In this document: positions 1 through 6,979 of the stretch, piece after piece | Position numbering within the stretch: position 1 is the first letter of the stretch | How the letters are laid out: the number at the start of each line of letters is the position of its first letter | From: a virus | Taxonomy: Duplodnaviria; Heunggongvirae; Uroviricota; Caudoviricetes | Virus record (IMG/VR): IMGVR_UViG_2627853765_000005 | Direction: 5' to 3' (one strand) | DNA: 7,832 nucleotides | The notes under the pieces: generated by a model | The model's database searches: none | What the model saw: the letters and a program-made list of their open reading frames with translations, nothing else | What the model was told of the DNA's origin: nothing | Made by a program: the position numbers and the translations under genes

Positions 1-28
1 ACTAAATCAGTAAGTTGGCAGCATTACC
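1..28 (-). mobile_element. IS1 copy, terminal 28 bp only (IRL end); rest lies left of the window
   Basis: Bases 1-28 match the right end of the complete IS1 (877-904) at 27 of 28 positions. The terminus reads GGTAATGCTGCC on the minus strand, a mix of the IRL and IRR consensus. Confidence 0.8.
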
Positions 29-151
29 AAAAAGGGTGAGCGATTTTTGATAGTTGAACCAGGCACTTTAAGTTTAACTAGGGCGTCATTATTTATTAAA
101 TTTTATAGACGCTATATATGGGTAGTAATATACATGGGTAATGACTCCAAA

Positions 152-849
152 TTATTGATAGTGTTTTATGTTCAGATAATGCCCGATGACCTTGTCATGC
201 AGCTCCACCGATTTTGAGAACGACAGCGACTTCCGTCCCAGCCGTGCCAGGTGCTGCCTCAGATTCAGGTTATGCCGCTCAATTCGCTGCGTATATCGCT
301 TGCTGATTACGTGCAGCTTTCCCTTCAGGCGGGATTCATACAGTGGCCAGCCATCCGTCATCCATATCACCACGTCAAAGGGTGACAGCAAGCTCATAAG
401 ACGCCCCAGCGTCGCCATAGTGCGTTCACCGAATACGTGCGCAACAACCGTCTTCCGGAGCCTGTCATACGCGTAAAACAGCCAGCGCTGGCGCGATTTA
501 GCCCCGACGTATCCCCACTGTTCGTCCATTTCCGCGCAGACGATGACGTCACTGCCCGGCTGTATGCGCGAGGTTACCGACTGCGGCCTGAGTTTTTTAA
601 GTGACGTAAAATCGTGTTGAGGCTAACGCCCATAATGCGTGCAGTTGCCCGGCATCCAACGCCATTCATGGCCATATCAATAATTTTCTGGTGCGTACCG
701 GGTTGAGAAGCGGTGTAAGTGAACTGCAGTTGCCATGTTTTACGGCAGTGAGAGCAGAGATAGCGCTGATGTCCGGCAGTGCTTTTGCCGTTACGCACCA
801 CCCCGTCAGTAGCTGAACAGGAGGGACAGCTGATAGAAACAGAAGCCAC
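152..849 (-). CDS. insB: IS1 InsAB' transposase made by programmed -1 frameshift at the A6C motif (insA frame 849-574, insB' frame continuing to 152)
   Basis: The insB' frame translates to ...[21 protein letters not shown]...[10 protein letters not shown], the InsB sequence. The AAAAAAC slip site sits at 592-598 (minus-strand sense). The insB' frame has an in-frame TAG at 623-625 upstream of the slip site, so an independent long InsB from the ATG at 653-655 is not possible in this copy. Confidence 0.85.
574..849 (-). CDS. insA: IS1 InsA (91 aa), transposition inhibitor and N-terminal part of the InsAB' transposase
   Basis: ORF translation [39 protein letters not shown]... is the InsA protein with its zinc-finger-like CxxC...CxxC and helix-turn-helix. 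This copy has the VSL variant. Confidence 0.95.
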   Translation of the reverse strand: MASVSISCPSCSATDGVVRNGKSTAGHQRYLCSHCRKTWQLQFTYTASQPGTHQKIIDMAMNGVGCRATARIMGVSLNTILRHLKNSGRSR

Positions 850-905
850 TGGAGCACCTCAAAAACACCATCATACACTAAATCAGTAAGTTGGCAGCAT
901 CACCG

Positions 906-962
906 AAGGACGGCAAGGACATTGTGCCCGATCGCATCCGTTCCGCGCTTGGGCTTGGCTGA
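906..962 (+). pseudogene. 3' remnant (18 codons, ...KDGKDIVPDRIRSALGLG*) of the gene upstream of gpE, truncated by IS1; possibly a tail tube (P2 FII-like) gene
   Basis: An open frame runs straight out of the IS1 boundary at 904/905 to a TGA at 960-962, just upstream of the gpE-like gene. In P2 gene order (FI-FII-E-E'-T-U-D) this position is FII. The frame choice and identity are inferred, not recognised. Confidence 0.3.
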
Positions 963-1017
963 TAAGTAATATGCTGGCGGCGCAGTGCGTCGCCTCTGAC
1001 TGAAAAGGAGACAACAG

Positions 1018-1392
1018 ATGAAAGACATCGATACTGAAACCCGGAATAACACCGTGGCGGATAATGTGACGGCAGTTGAGGATATGGCTGTCGAACGTGG
1101 CGTAAAACTGACCCGACCAATTGAGCGTGGTGGCGAAAAAATCACGTATGTGGAGATCACCGGGGCTATTGAGCAGGCTGGATCCCTGCGTGGTCTGTCG
1201 CTGTCTGATGTGCTGAATCTGAAAGCGGATACCATGTTCACGCTGTTGCCTCGCGTGACCTCGCCACGACTGGATGAAGTGATGATTAAAAAAATGTCGT
1301 CACGCGATTTTATTCAGTTGTGCGCTGTGGCTGTAAATTTTATGAGTGAGCCAGACTCTGGCGCGAAGAGCGTGCAGGAGACGGCAGCGTAA
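1018..1392 (+). CDS. Phage tail assembly chaperone, P2 gpE-like (124 aa)
   Basis: ATG at 1018 preceded by AAGGAG (1005-1010). The protein contains ...SLRGLSLSDVLNLKADTMFTLLPRV..., typical of P2 E-family chaperones, and sits immediately upstream of the tape measure gene. Confidence 0.85.
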   Translation: MKDIDTETRNNTVADNVTAVEDMAVERGVKLTRPIERGGEKITYVEITGAIEQAGSLRGLSLSDVLNLKADTMFTLLPRVTSPRLDEVMIKKMSSRDFIQLCAVAVNFMSEPDSGAKSVQETAA

Positions 1393-1556
1393 TCACCCTG
1401 GTGTGCTTTGAGCACATCGAAGATCTGGTGGCGGATATTGCCGCCATTTTTAACTGGTCGCCCGCCGAAATCTTCATGATGACGCCCTGCGAAGTGGTTA
1501 GCTGGCGTGAGCGAGCGGCACTTCGTAGCGGGAATGCAGACAATGAAGACTCTTGA
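1350..1556 (+). CDS. E' extension frame (-1 relative to gpE), expected to be expressed only as an E+E' fusion by programmed frameshift
   Basis: The -1 frame is open for 68 codons from 1350 to a TGA at 1554-1556 and has no start codon of its own. It encodes ...DLVADIAAIFNWSPAEIFMMTPCEVVSWRERAALRSGN..., overlaps the last 13 codons of gpE and the first codons of the tape measure gene, as in P2 E/E'/T. The slip site was not identified. Confidence 0.5.
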   Translation, partial: ARLWREERAGDGSVITLVCFEHIEDLVADIAAIFNWSPAEIFMMTPCEVVSWRERAALRSGNADNEDS

Positions 1557-4350
1557 TATCCGGGTCGCTTTCAGCGCCGTTGACAGGCTGACCCGGCCTG
1601 CCGAAAACGCCCGCCGCCTGATGGGGCAGTTTGGTGACTCCATCCAGCGAACGCAGGGGGCGATCAAAAATCTCGAGCGTCAGGCGCGATCATTTGAGCG
1701 CGCCCGTGACGCTGTCAGTAAAGCGGATGCGGGCATCGTGAAAGCACGACGCCAGCTTAACGCCCTTAATCAGTTACAACGCACGGGTACAGTGCTCAGC
1801 GAAAAACAACAAAAGCTGATGCAGCAGTTAAGCACCCGGCTTGAACGCCTGAATGAATCGCGCACACGGGAAATTCAGAAAATGCGGGAGCTTGGCGGAG
1901 AGCTGAAACGCCACGGCATTTCCCTGACAGGCAGCGATAACACCATCCAGCAGGCCATCAGACGCACCGAACAGTACAATAACCAGCTTGAACGCGAACG
2001 GCAGGCGCTTGCGCGTGTAACACGGGCGCGTGAGCGGTATTCGCGCGCGCAGGAAACAGCGGGAAAACTGAAAACAGGTGGTGCGCTGGCAATTGGTGCG
2101 GCAGCGGCGGGCGGCTATGCTGCCGGGCGTTTTTTGCAGCCTGCGATCGGGTTCGGCAAAGAGATGTTCCGCGTTCAGGCACTGACGCGAATCGACCAGA
2201 ACAGCCCGCAGTTTAAGGCGCTGCGTGAGCAGGCGTTAAAACTTGGCTCTGAAACGCAGTTCACCGCAGGCGATGCCGCCAGTGGACAGGCATTTCTTGC
2301 AATGGCTGGCTTTACACCACAGGCCATTCAGGCTGCGCTCCCTGGCGTACTGAGCATGGCAACGGCTGGCGGTATGGACCTCGGTGAGACGGCGGATATT
2401 GGCTCAAATATTCTGACGCAGTTCGGTCTTTCTGCTGACCAGATGGACCGGGTCGGCGACACACTCACCGCAGCGTTTACCCGTACCAACACTGACCTTC
2501 GCGCACTGGGTGAAACCATGAAATATGCAGGTCCGGTGGCGGGTAAGCTGGGAATATCTCTGGAGCAGGCCGCAGCGATGGCGGGCGTGCTGGCGAATAT
2601 GGGTATCAGGGGGAGTGATGCTGGTACGGCAATGCGTGCCAGCCTGGCTCGTCTGGCATCACCGCCAAAGGCGGCAGCAGAGGCGCTGAAAGAGCTTGGC
2701 GTGTCTGTCTCGGATGCCGGGGGCAAAATGCGCCCGATGGAGGATGTGCTGGCTGACCTTTATAAAGCTACCCGCAAATACGGGGAAGTTGACCGGGTAT
2801 CGTTCTTTAAGGACATTGCCGGAGAAGAGGCTTTCACATCATTTATGGCCCTCGTTGATGCGGCAGGTTACGGCTCCTTACCCAAACTGAGAAAAGAACT
2901 TGAAGGCGCGCGCGGTGAGGCTGAACGCACGGCAAAGGTTATGGCCAACAACCTTGACGGCGATCTGAAATCACTCAGCAGTGCATGGGAAGGGTTGCGC
3001 ATCCGCATTGCAGATCTGATTGACGGTCCGCTGCGTTCTGTCACGCAGTGGCTCACGCGTGTGGTATCAAAGGTGACGGCGCTGGCGCAGGCCCATCCCG
3101 CACTGACGCGCCAGCTACTGATTGCAGGCGGTGCATTGCTGGCAATGACTGCAACGGTTGGCTCGTTGTCGCTGGCTATTGGTGTGCTTGCTGGCCCGCT
3201 GGCAAAACTGCGTCTTGGTTTTTCCCTCCTGACCGGATCAATGAATGCTGTCAGGGTTCTGCCAGCACTATGGGGAATGGTGACGGGTTCCGTTTCTTTA
3301 CTGGGAGGCGCTATCGGGGCGTTGTTCAGTCCGGTTGGTCTTATCGTGGCTGCGCTTGCCGGAGCTGCCGTTCTTATCTGGAAATACTGGGATCCCATCA
3401 GGGCATTTTTTGCCGGGGTGTTCAGCGGGATTATGGAAAGGCTGACCCCGTTGCGCGAAACATTTGAACGGTTTGGTCCTGTTTTTGACGCAATCGGGAG
3501 TGGGATCAGCCAGGTGTTTAACTGGTTTAAATCGCTGCTGTCACCGATGGAGTCCAGCAAGGAAACTCTGGATAAATGTACCAGTGCTGGCGAGATATTC
3601 GGTAACGTTCTTGGCGGTGCGTTACAACTTGTTCTGACACCTGCAAAAATGTTGCTGGATACGCTGGCGTGGATACTTGAAAAGCTTGGTGTGCTTCCGG
3701 ATGAAGCGGAAAGGGCGCGCAAGAAAATCGAAGACGCACAGCGTGCGGCCATTCTTCAGGACAAGGTTGCCTTGCTTCAGGGGGACCTGGCGAAAATCAA
3801 TCCGCCGAAGCCTGTGGAAAATGGCAATGGCACCGGAGGTGATAACCCCAAAGACAATAAACCGCTCACAGACAGCAATACCGGTACGCTGCGCAGACTC
3901 AGCAAAATTGCTGATAACACAGGTAAGCTGGTTGAGGAGACGAAAAAACGCATTGGCCCCGGCGATATTGTCTTTAAAAACCTGCCCCGAGCACTTGCTG
4001 TTCGTGGGGAGTGGCAGGAGCGGAAGATTGCGCAGGTCAGTAAGCCTGCCCCCGCAATTAATATCACACCCGTGGTTCCGGCTCCGCTGCCTCCGGCGCT
4101 GGTCCCTGTTGTTGCGGCCAGCTCCCGCCCGGTGGCGGAGGCTATACGATCTCCAGTGGCATCAGTTCCTGTAACTTCCCGTAACCGGGAGCCTGTTGCC
4201 TCCGGATTTGGTGGTGAAATTCATGTTCATCTGCATAACGTTGTTACGCAGAATCCCCGCGAACTGGCGAAACTGGTCGGTGAAATGGTCAGGGCAGAAA
4301 TGGAACGGCGCGCCCGTGCCGGGCGTGGCTGTTTTTACGATAAAGATTGA
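1543..4350 (+). CDS. Phage tail tape measure protein (P2 gpT-like, about 935 aa)
   Basis: Very long ORF directly after the chaperone pair. It has a coiled-coil-like N-terminal region rich in Q/R/E/L, a long Gly/Ala-rich hydrophobic stretch (about 3091-3390) and a Pro-rich C-terminal stretch. Start is chosen at the ATG at 1543 (GGGA 9 nt upstream); the ATG at 1534 and the GTG at 1507 are alternatives. Confidence 0.9.
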   Translation: MKTLDIRVAFSAVDRLTRPAENARRLMGQFGDSIQRTQGAIKNLERQARSFERARDAVSKADAGIVKARRQLNALNQLQRTGTVLSEKQQKLMQQLSTRLERLNESRTREIQKMRELGGELKRHGISLTGSDNTIQQAIRRTEQYNNQLERERQALARVTRARERYSRAQETAGKLKTGGALAIGAAAAGGYAAGRFLQPAIGFGKEMFRVQALTRIDQNSPQFKALREQALKLGSETQFTAGDAASGQAFLAMAGFTPQAIQAALPGVLSMATAGGMDLGETADIGSNILTQFGLSADQMDRVGDTLTAAFTRTNTDLRALGETMKYAGPVAGKLGISLEQAAAMAGVLANMGIRGSDAGTAMRASLARLASPPKAAAEALKELGVSVSDAGGKMRPMEDVLADLYKATRKYGEVDRVSFFKDIAGEEAFTSFMALVDAAGYGSLPKLRKELEGARGEAERTAKVMANNLDGDLKSLSSAWEGLRIRIADLIDGPLRSVTQWLTRVVSKVTALAQAHPALTRQLLIAGGALLAMTATVGSLSLAIGVLAGPLAKLRLGFSLLTGSMNAVRVLPALWGMVTGSVSLLGGAIGALFSPVGLIVAALAGAAVLIWKYWDPIRAFFAGVFSGIMERLTPLRETFERFGPVFDAIGSGISQVFNWFKSLLSPMESSKETLDKCTSAGEIFGNVLGGALQLVLTPAKMLLDTLAWILEKLGVLPDEAERARKKIEDAQRAAILQDKVALLQGDLAKINPPKPVENGNGTGGDNPKDNKPLTDSNTGTLRRLSKIADNTGKLVEETKKRIGPGDIVFKNLPRALAVRGEWQERKIAQVSKPAPAINITPVVPAPLPPALVPVVAASSRPVAEAIRSPVASVPVTSRNREPVASGFGGEIHVHLHNVVTQNPRELAKLVGEMVRAEMERRARAGRGCFYDKD

Positions 4351-4356
4351 GGAGTC

Positions 4357-4851
4357 ATGGCCATGATGATGATCTACGGCATGTTTGTTTTTGAGCTGCG
4401 CACGCTGCCGCATCAGCAGTTACAGCAAAACAAAAGCTGGCGGCATGTGAAAAATGAACGCGTTAACCGTTCAGCAAGCTGGCAGTATATCGGTGCAGGT
4501 GATGATCGCATCGTTCTTTCTGGTGTGCTTTATCCTGAAATTACAGGTGGCGAAGTGTCGCTGTCGCTGCTGACCACGCAGGCGTATACAGGACTACCCT
4601 GGCCTTTGATTGATGGCGTCGGGCAGATTTACGGCATGTATGTCCTGACTGAAACGAATACGACCCGCTCCGAGTTTGATCGCTACGGTAAGGCGAAAAA
4701 GATAGAATTTTCACTGACTCTTGAACGCTGTGATGAGGATTTGCGGGAGCGCCTGCAATCCTCATCGTTCAGTGATATGCTGTCCGGCTTCAAAGATAAG
4801 GTGACATCATCTCTTAACAGCGCGGCCAGTTCAGTTAAAGGGCTGTTCTGA
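4357..4851 (+). CDS. Phage tail protein, P2 gpU-like (164 aa)
   Basis: Translation ...GMFVFELRTLPHQQLQQ...LSGVLYPEITGG...WPLIDGVGQIYGMYVL...KKIEFSLTLER... matches the P2 gpU family pattern and follows the tape measure gene as in P2. GAGGAG at 4349-4354; the ATG at 4363 is an alternative start with better spacing. Confidence 0.85.
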   Translation: MAMMMIYGMFVFELRTLPHQQLQQNKSWRHVKNERVNRSASWQYIGAGDDRIVLSGVLYPEITGGEVSLSLLTTQAYTGLPWPLIDGVGQIYGMYVLTETNTTRSEFDRYGKAKKIEFSLTLERCDEDLRERLQSSSFSDMLSGFKDKVTSSLNSAASSVKGLF

Positions 4852-4860
4852 TTTAACACA

Positions 4861-4890
4861 AAAACCGCTAATGGTCAGATTAGCGGTTTT
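4861..4890. terminator. Bidirectional rho-independent terminator hairpin between convergent gpU and the invertase gene
   Basis: Perfect inverted repeat AAAACCGCTAAT (4861-4872) / ATTAGCGGTTTT (4879-4890) with a 6-nt loop GGTCAG, followed by TTTTCATTTT on the plus strand and a U-rich run on the minus strand. The right arm overlaps the last codons of the invertase. Confidence 0.65.
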
Positions 4891-5479
4891 CATTTTCCTG
4901 AGTCTGCCCGGTTGTTTCTTCAGTCTGTATATCGCCTACAGGGTGATAACGATAAATCGTCGATGTGCCAATGCCGTAAATTATTGCCAGTTGTTTTCTG
5001 TCGTGCCCGTTTTTGATTAGCCTTGCTATTTGCTCATGCTGTTCTTTTGTCAGCTTCGGTCGACGTCCGCCTGTGCGCCCCCTTGCGCGCGCTGCCGCCA
5101 GCCCGGCCAGTGTACGTTCAACAATTAATTCACGTTCCATTTCAGCCAGGGCACCCATCACGTGGAAGAAAAAACGCCCCATTGGAGAAGATGTGTCTAT
5201 GCTGTCGGTCAGACTGCGAAAATTAATCCCTCGCTCCCGTAGTTCCCCGACGAGAGAAATCAGATGTTTCATGCTTCGCCCGAGGCGATCCAGTTTCCAG
5301 ACAACCAGCGTGTCACCTTTTTGAAGGCGCTTTAAAGCGCGTTTTAATCCCGGTCGGTCTGTCTTTGTCCCGCTTAATTTATCTTCAAATATTTGTTCAC
5401 ATCCTGCACAAACAAGAGCGTTTCGTTGCAGGTCTGTATTCTGGTCATTTGTTGATACCCTTACATAGCCAATCAGCAC
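4880..5479 (-). CDS. Serine DNA invertase of the Gin/Pin/Cin/Hin family (about 199 aa)
   Basis: From the GTG at 5479 (GGGAG 7 nt upstream) the protein begins (M)LIGYVRVSTNDQNTDLQRNAL..., the canonical invertase N-terminus with the catalytic serine. It continues ...GDTLVVWKLDRLGRSMKHL...MGRFFFHVMGALAEMERELI... and ends with a helix-turn-helix (...QLAIIYGIGTSTIYRY...). Confidence 0.93.
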   Translation of the reverse strand: MLIGYVRVSTNDQNTDLQRNALVCAGCEQIFEDKLSGTKTDRPGLKRALKRLQKGDTLVVWKLDRLGRSMKHLISLVGELRERGINFRSLTDSIDTSSPMGRFFFHVMGALAEMERELIVERTLAGLAAARARGRTGGRRPKLTKEQHEQIARLIKNGHDRKQLAIIYGIGTSTIYRYHPVGDIQTEETTGQTQENENR

Positions 5480-5533
5480 ACTGAATCTCCCGTCCAAAAG
5501 CGCAAATCATGCCATGCAGGCCAGAAACGGCCA

Positions 5534-5559
5534 TTATTTAAAACCTCGGTTTACAGGAA
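5534..5559. promoter_or_regulatory. gix/pix/cix-type 26-bp recombination (crossover) site for the invertase
   Basis: The minus-strand reading TTCCTGTAAACC-GA-GGTTTTAAATAA matches the Mu gixL sequence as I recall it at 24 of 26 positions, with the central GA dinucleotide at 5546-5547. It lies between the invertase start and the fibre cassette, and the fibre reading frame opens inside it. Confidence 0.8.
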
Positions 5560-5583
5560 ACGGTAAACAGGGCTGGTAACGCC

Positions 5584-6420
5584 GTGCAAAAAAATGGCGA
5601 TACCTTGTCCGGTGGGCTTACTTTTGAAAATGACTCAATCCTTGCCTGGATTCGAAATACTGACTGGGCGAAGATTGGATTTAAAAATGATGCCGATGGT
5701 GACACTGATTCATACATGTGGTTTGAAACAGGCGACAACGGCAATGAATATTTCAAATGGAGAAGCCGCCAGAGCACCACAACAAAAGACCTGATGACGC
5801 TGAAATGGGATGCACTAAATATTCTTGTTAATGCTGTCATTAATGGCAGTCTTGGAGTTGGTTCGACGAATGCGTTAGGTGGTAGCTCTATTGTTCTTGG
5901 TGATAATGACACCGGATTTAAACAGAATGGAGACGGTATTCTGGATGTTTATGCTAATAGTCAGCGTGTATTCCGCTTTCAGAATGGAGTGGCTATTGCT
6001 TTTAAAAATATTCAGGCCGGGGATGGTAAAAAATTCACGCTATCCAGCTCCAACAACTTCACAAAGAATGCAACGTTTAATTTATGGGGTGCTTCAACCC
6101 GTCCAGTAGTTGCAGAGTTAGGCGATGAGGCAGGATGGCATTTCTATAGCCAGCGAAATACAGATAACTCGGTAATATTTTCTGTTAACGGTCAGATACA
6201 GCCCAGCAACTGGGGGAATTTTGATTCACGCTATGTAAAAGATGTTCGCCTGGGTACGCGTGTTGTTCAATTGATGGCGCGTGGTGGTCGTTATGAAAAA
6301 GCCGGACACGCAATTACCGGATTAAGAATCATTGGTGAAGTAGATGGCGATGATGAAGCCATCTTCAGACCAATACAAAAATACATCAATGGCACATGGT
6401 ATAACGTCGCACAGGTGTAA
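5584..6420 (+). CDS. Tail fibre C-terminal variable-domain cassette (Mu S / P1 S family); likely the silent copy in the present orientation
   Basis: The frame is open from 5542, immediately after a TAA inside the gix site; the first in-frame start is the GTG at 5584, with no convincing ribosome-binding site. The C-terminus ...RPIQKYINGTWYNVAQV resembles the second cassette on the opposite strand. It is followed directly by a tail fibre assembly gene. Confidence 0.8.
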   Translation: MQKNGDTLSGGLTFENDSILAWIRNTDWAKIGFKNDADGDTDSYMWFETGDNGNEYFKWRSRQSTTTKDLMTLKWDALNILVNAVINGSLGVGSTNALGGSSIVLGDNDTGFKQNGDGILDVYANSQRVFRFQNGVAIAFKNIQAGDGKKFTLSSSNNFTKNATFNLWGASTRPVVAELGDEAGWHFYSQRNTDNSVIFSVNGQIQPSNWGNFDSRYVKDVRLGTRVVQLMARGGRYEKAGHAITGLRIIGEVDGDDEAIFRPIQKYINGTWYNVAQV

Positions 6421-6423
6421 ATT

Positions 6424-6951
6424 ATGCAGCATTTAAAAAATATTAAGTCCGGAAATCCAAAAACAAAAGAACAATATCAGCTAACAAAGAATTTTGATGT
6501 TATCTGGTTATGGTCCGAAGACGGTAAAAACTGGTATGAGGAAGTAAATAACTTTCAGGACGACACCATAAAGATTGTATACGACGAAAATAATATTATT
6601 GTTGCCATAACCAAAGATGCCTCAACGCTTAATCCCGAAGGCTTTAGTGTCGTTGAGATTCCAGATATAACAGCCAATCGTCGCGCCGATGATTCAGGGA
6701 AGTGGATGTTTAAGGACGGAACTGTGGTTAAGCGGATTTATACAGCAGACGAACAGCAACAACAGGCCGAATCACAAAAGGTCGCGTTGCTTTCTGAAGC
6801 TGAAAGCGTTATTCAGCCACTGGAACGCGCTGTCAGGCTGAATATGGCGATGGATGAGGAACGCACACGACTGGAGTCATGGGAACGCTACAGCGTTCTG
6901 GTCAGCCGTGTGGATACAGCAAATCCCGAATGGCCACAAAAGCCTGAGTAA
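6424..6951 (+). CDS. Tail fibre assembly protein (Tfa / Mu U family, 175 aa)
   Basis: Protein [24 protein letters not shown]...[30 protein letters not shown]... is Tfa-like. It starts 4 nt after the fibre cassette stop and is paralogous to the minus-strand ORF at 6980-7513. Confidence 0.85.
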   Translation: MQHLKNIKSGNPKTKEQYQLTKNFDVIWLWSEDGKNWYEEVNNFQDDTIKIVYDENNIIVAITKDASTLNPEGFSVVEIPDITANRRADDSGKWMFKDGTVVKRIYTADEQQQQAESQKVALLSEAESVIQPLERAVRLNMAMDEERTRLESWERYSVLVSRVDTANPEWPQKPE

Positions 6952-6956
6952 AAATT

Positions 6957-6976
6957 AAGGCCCAATATCGGGCCTT
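6957..6976. terminator. Hairpin between the convergent tail fibre assembly genes, a possible bidirectional terminator
   Basis: AAGGCCC (6957-6963) / GGGCCTT (6970-6976) with a 6-nt loop. It is flanked by an A/T-rich run on the minus-strand downstream side; the plus-strand U tract is weak. Confidence 0.4.
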
Positions 6977-6979
6977 CTC

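Larger units (their letters stand above)
137..904 (-). mobile_element. Complete IS1 insertion sequence (768 bp)
   Basis: Terminal inverted repeats GGTAATGACTCCAA (137-) and its counterpart ending ...GGCAGCATCACC (-904). Length is exactly 768 bp. Canonical insA and insB' frames lie on the minus strand with the A6C frameshift motif (plus strand GTTTTTT at 592-598). Confidence 0.96.

Noticed and set aside
186-476. 96-aa plus-strand ORF inside IS1
   Set aside because: Antisense to the IS1 insB frame and not a known IS1 product.
623-655. Annotating a full 167-aa InsB from the ATG at 653-655
   Set aside because: This copy has an in-frame TAG at 623-625 in the insB frame. Only the InsAB' frameshift fusion, or a shorter InsB from a downstream Met, is possible.
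878-1241. Minus-strand ORFs (900-1241, 878-1120) across the IS1 junction and the gpE start
   Set aside because: They cross the IS1 boundary and are antisense to the gpE-like gene. Composition is low-complexity and there is no supporting signal.
1335-1341. A_AAT_TTT heptamer as the E/E' -1 frameshift site
   Set aside because: After a -1 slip here the ribosome meets a TGA at 1347-1349 after three codons, so it cannot produce the E' extension, which only opens at 1350.
1507-1509. GTG at 1507 as the tape measure start (start of the 947-aa track ORF)
   Set aside because: No ribosome-binding site. It lies only 25 nt after two in-frame TGA codons, and the ATG at 1543 with GGGA about 9 nt upstream gives the P2-like overlap with the E' stop. 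The start remains uncertain.
2868-3752. 294-aa minus-strand ORF inside the tape measure gene
   Set aside because: Fully antisense to a well-supported long gene. It is Ala/Ser/Pro/Arg-rich and low-complexity, as expected from reading a GC-rich gene backwards, and has no ribosome-binding site or recognisable motif.
3677-4174. 165-aa plus-strand ORF in an alternate frame within the tape measure gene
   Set aside because: Arg-rich frame-shifted reading of the tape measure coding sequence, with no independent support.
5013-5324. Plus-strand ORFs of 103 and 67 aa overlapping the invertase gene
   Set aside because: Antisense to a strongly supported serine recombinase gene, with no ribosome-binding site or motifs.
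5495-5497. ATG at 5497 as the invertase start (track ORF MDGRFSVLIGY...)
   Set aside because: That ATG overlaps the GGGAG ribosome-binding site. Starting at the GTG at 5479 gives the canonical family N-terminus (M)LIGYVRVSTNDQ.
5538-5912. 124-aa minus-strand ORF running through the gix site
   Set aside because: Antisense to the fibre cassette; it ends (...SCKPRF*) inside the recombination site. An opposite-strand frame artefact.
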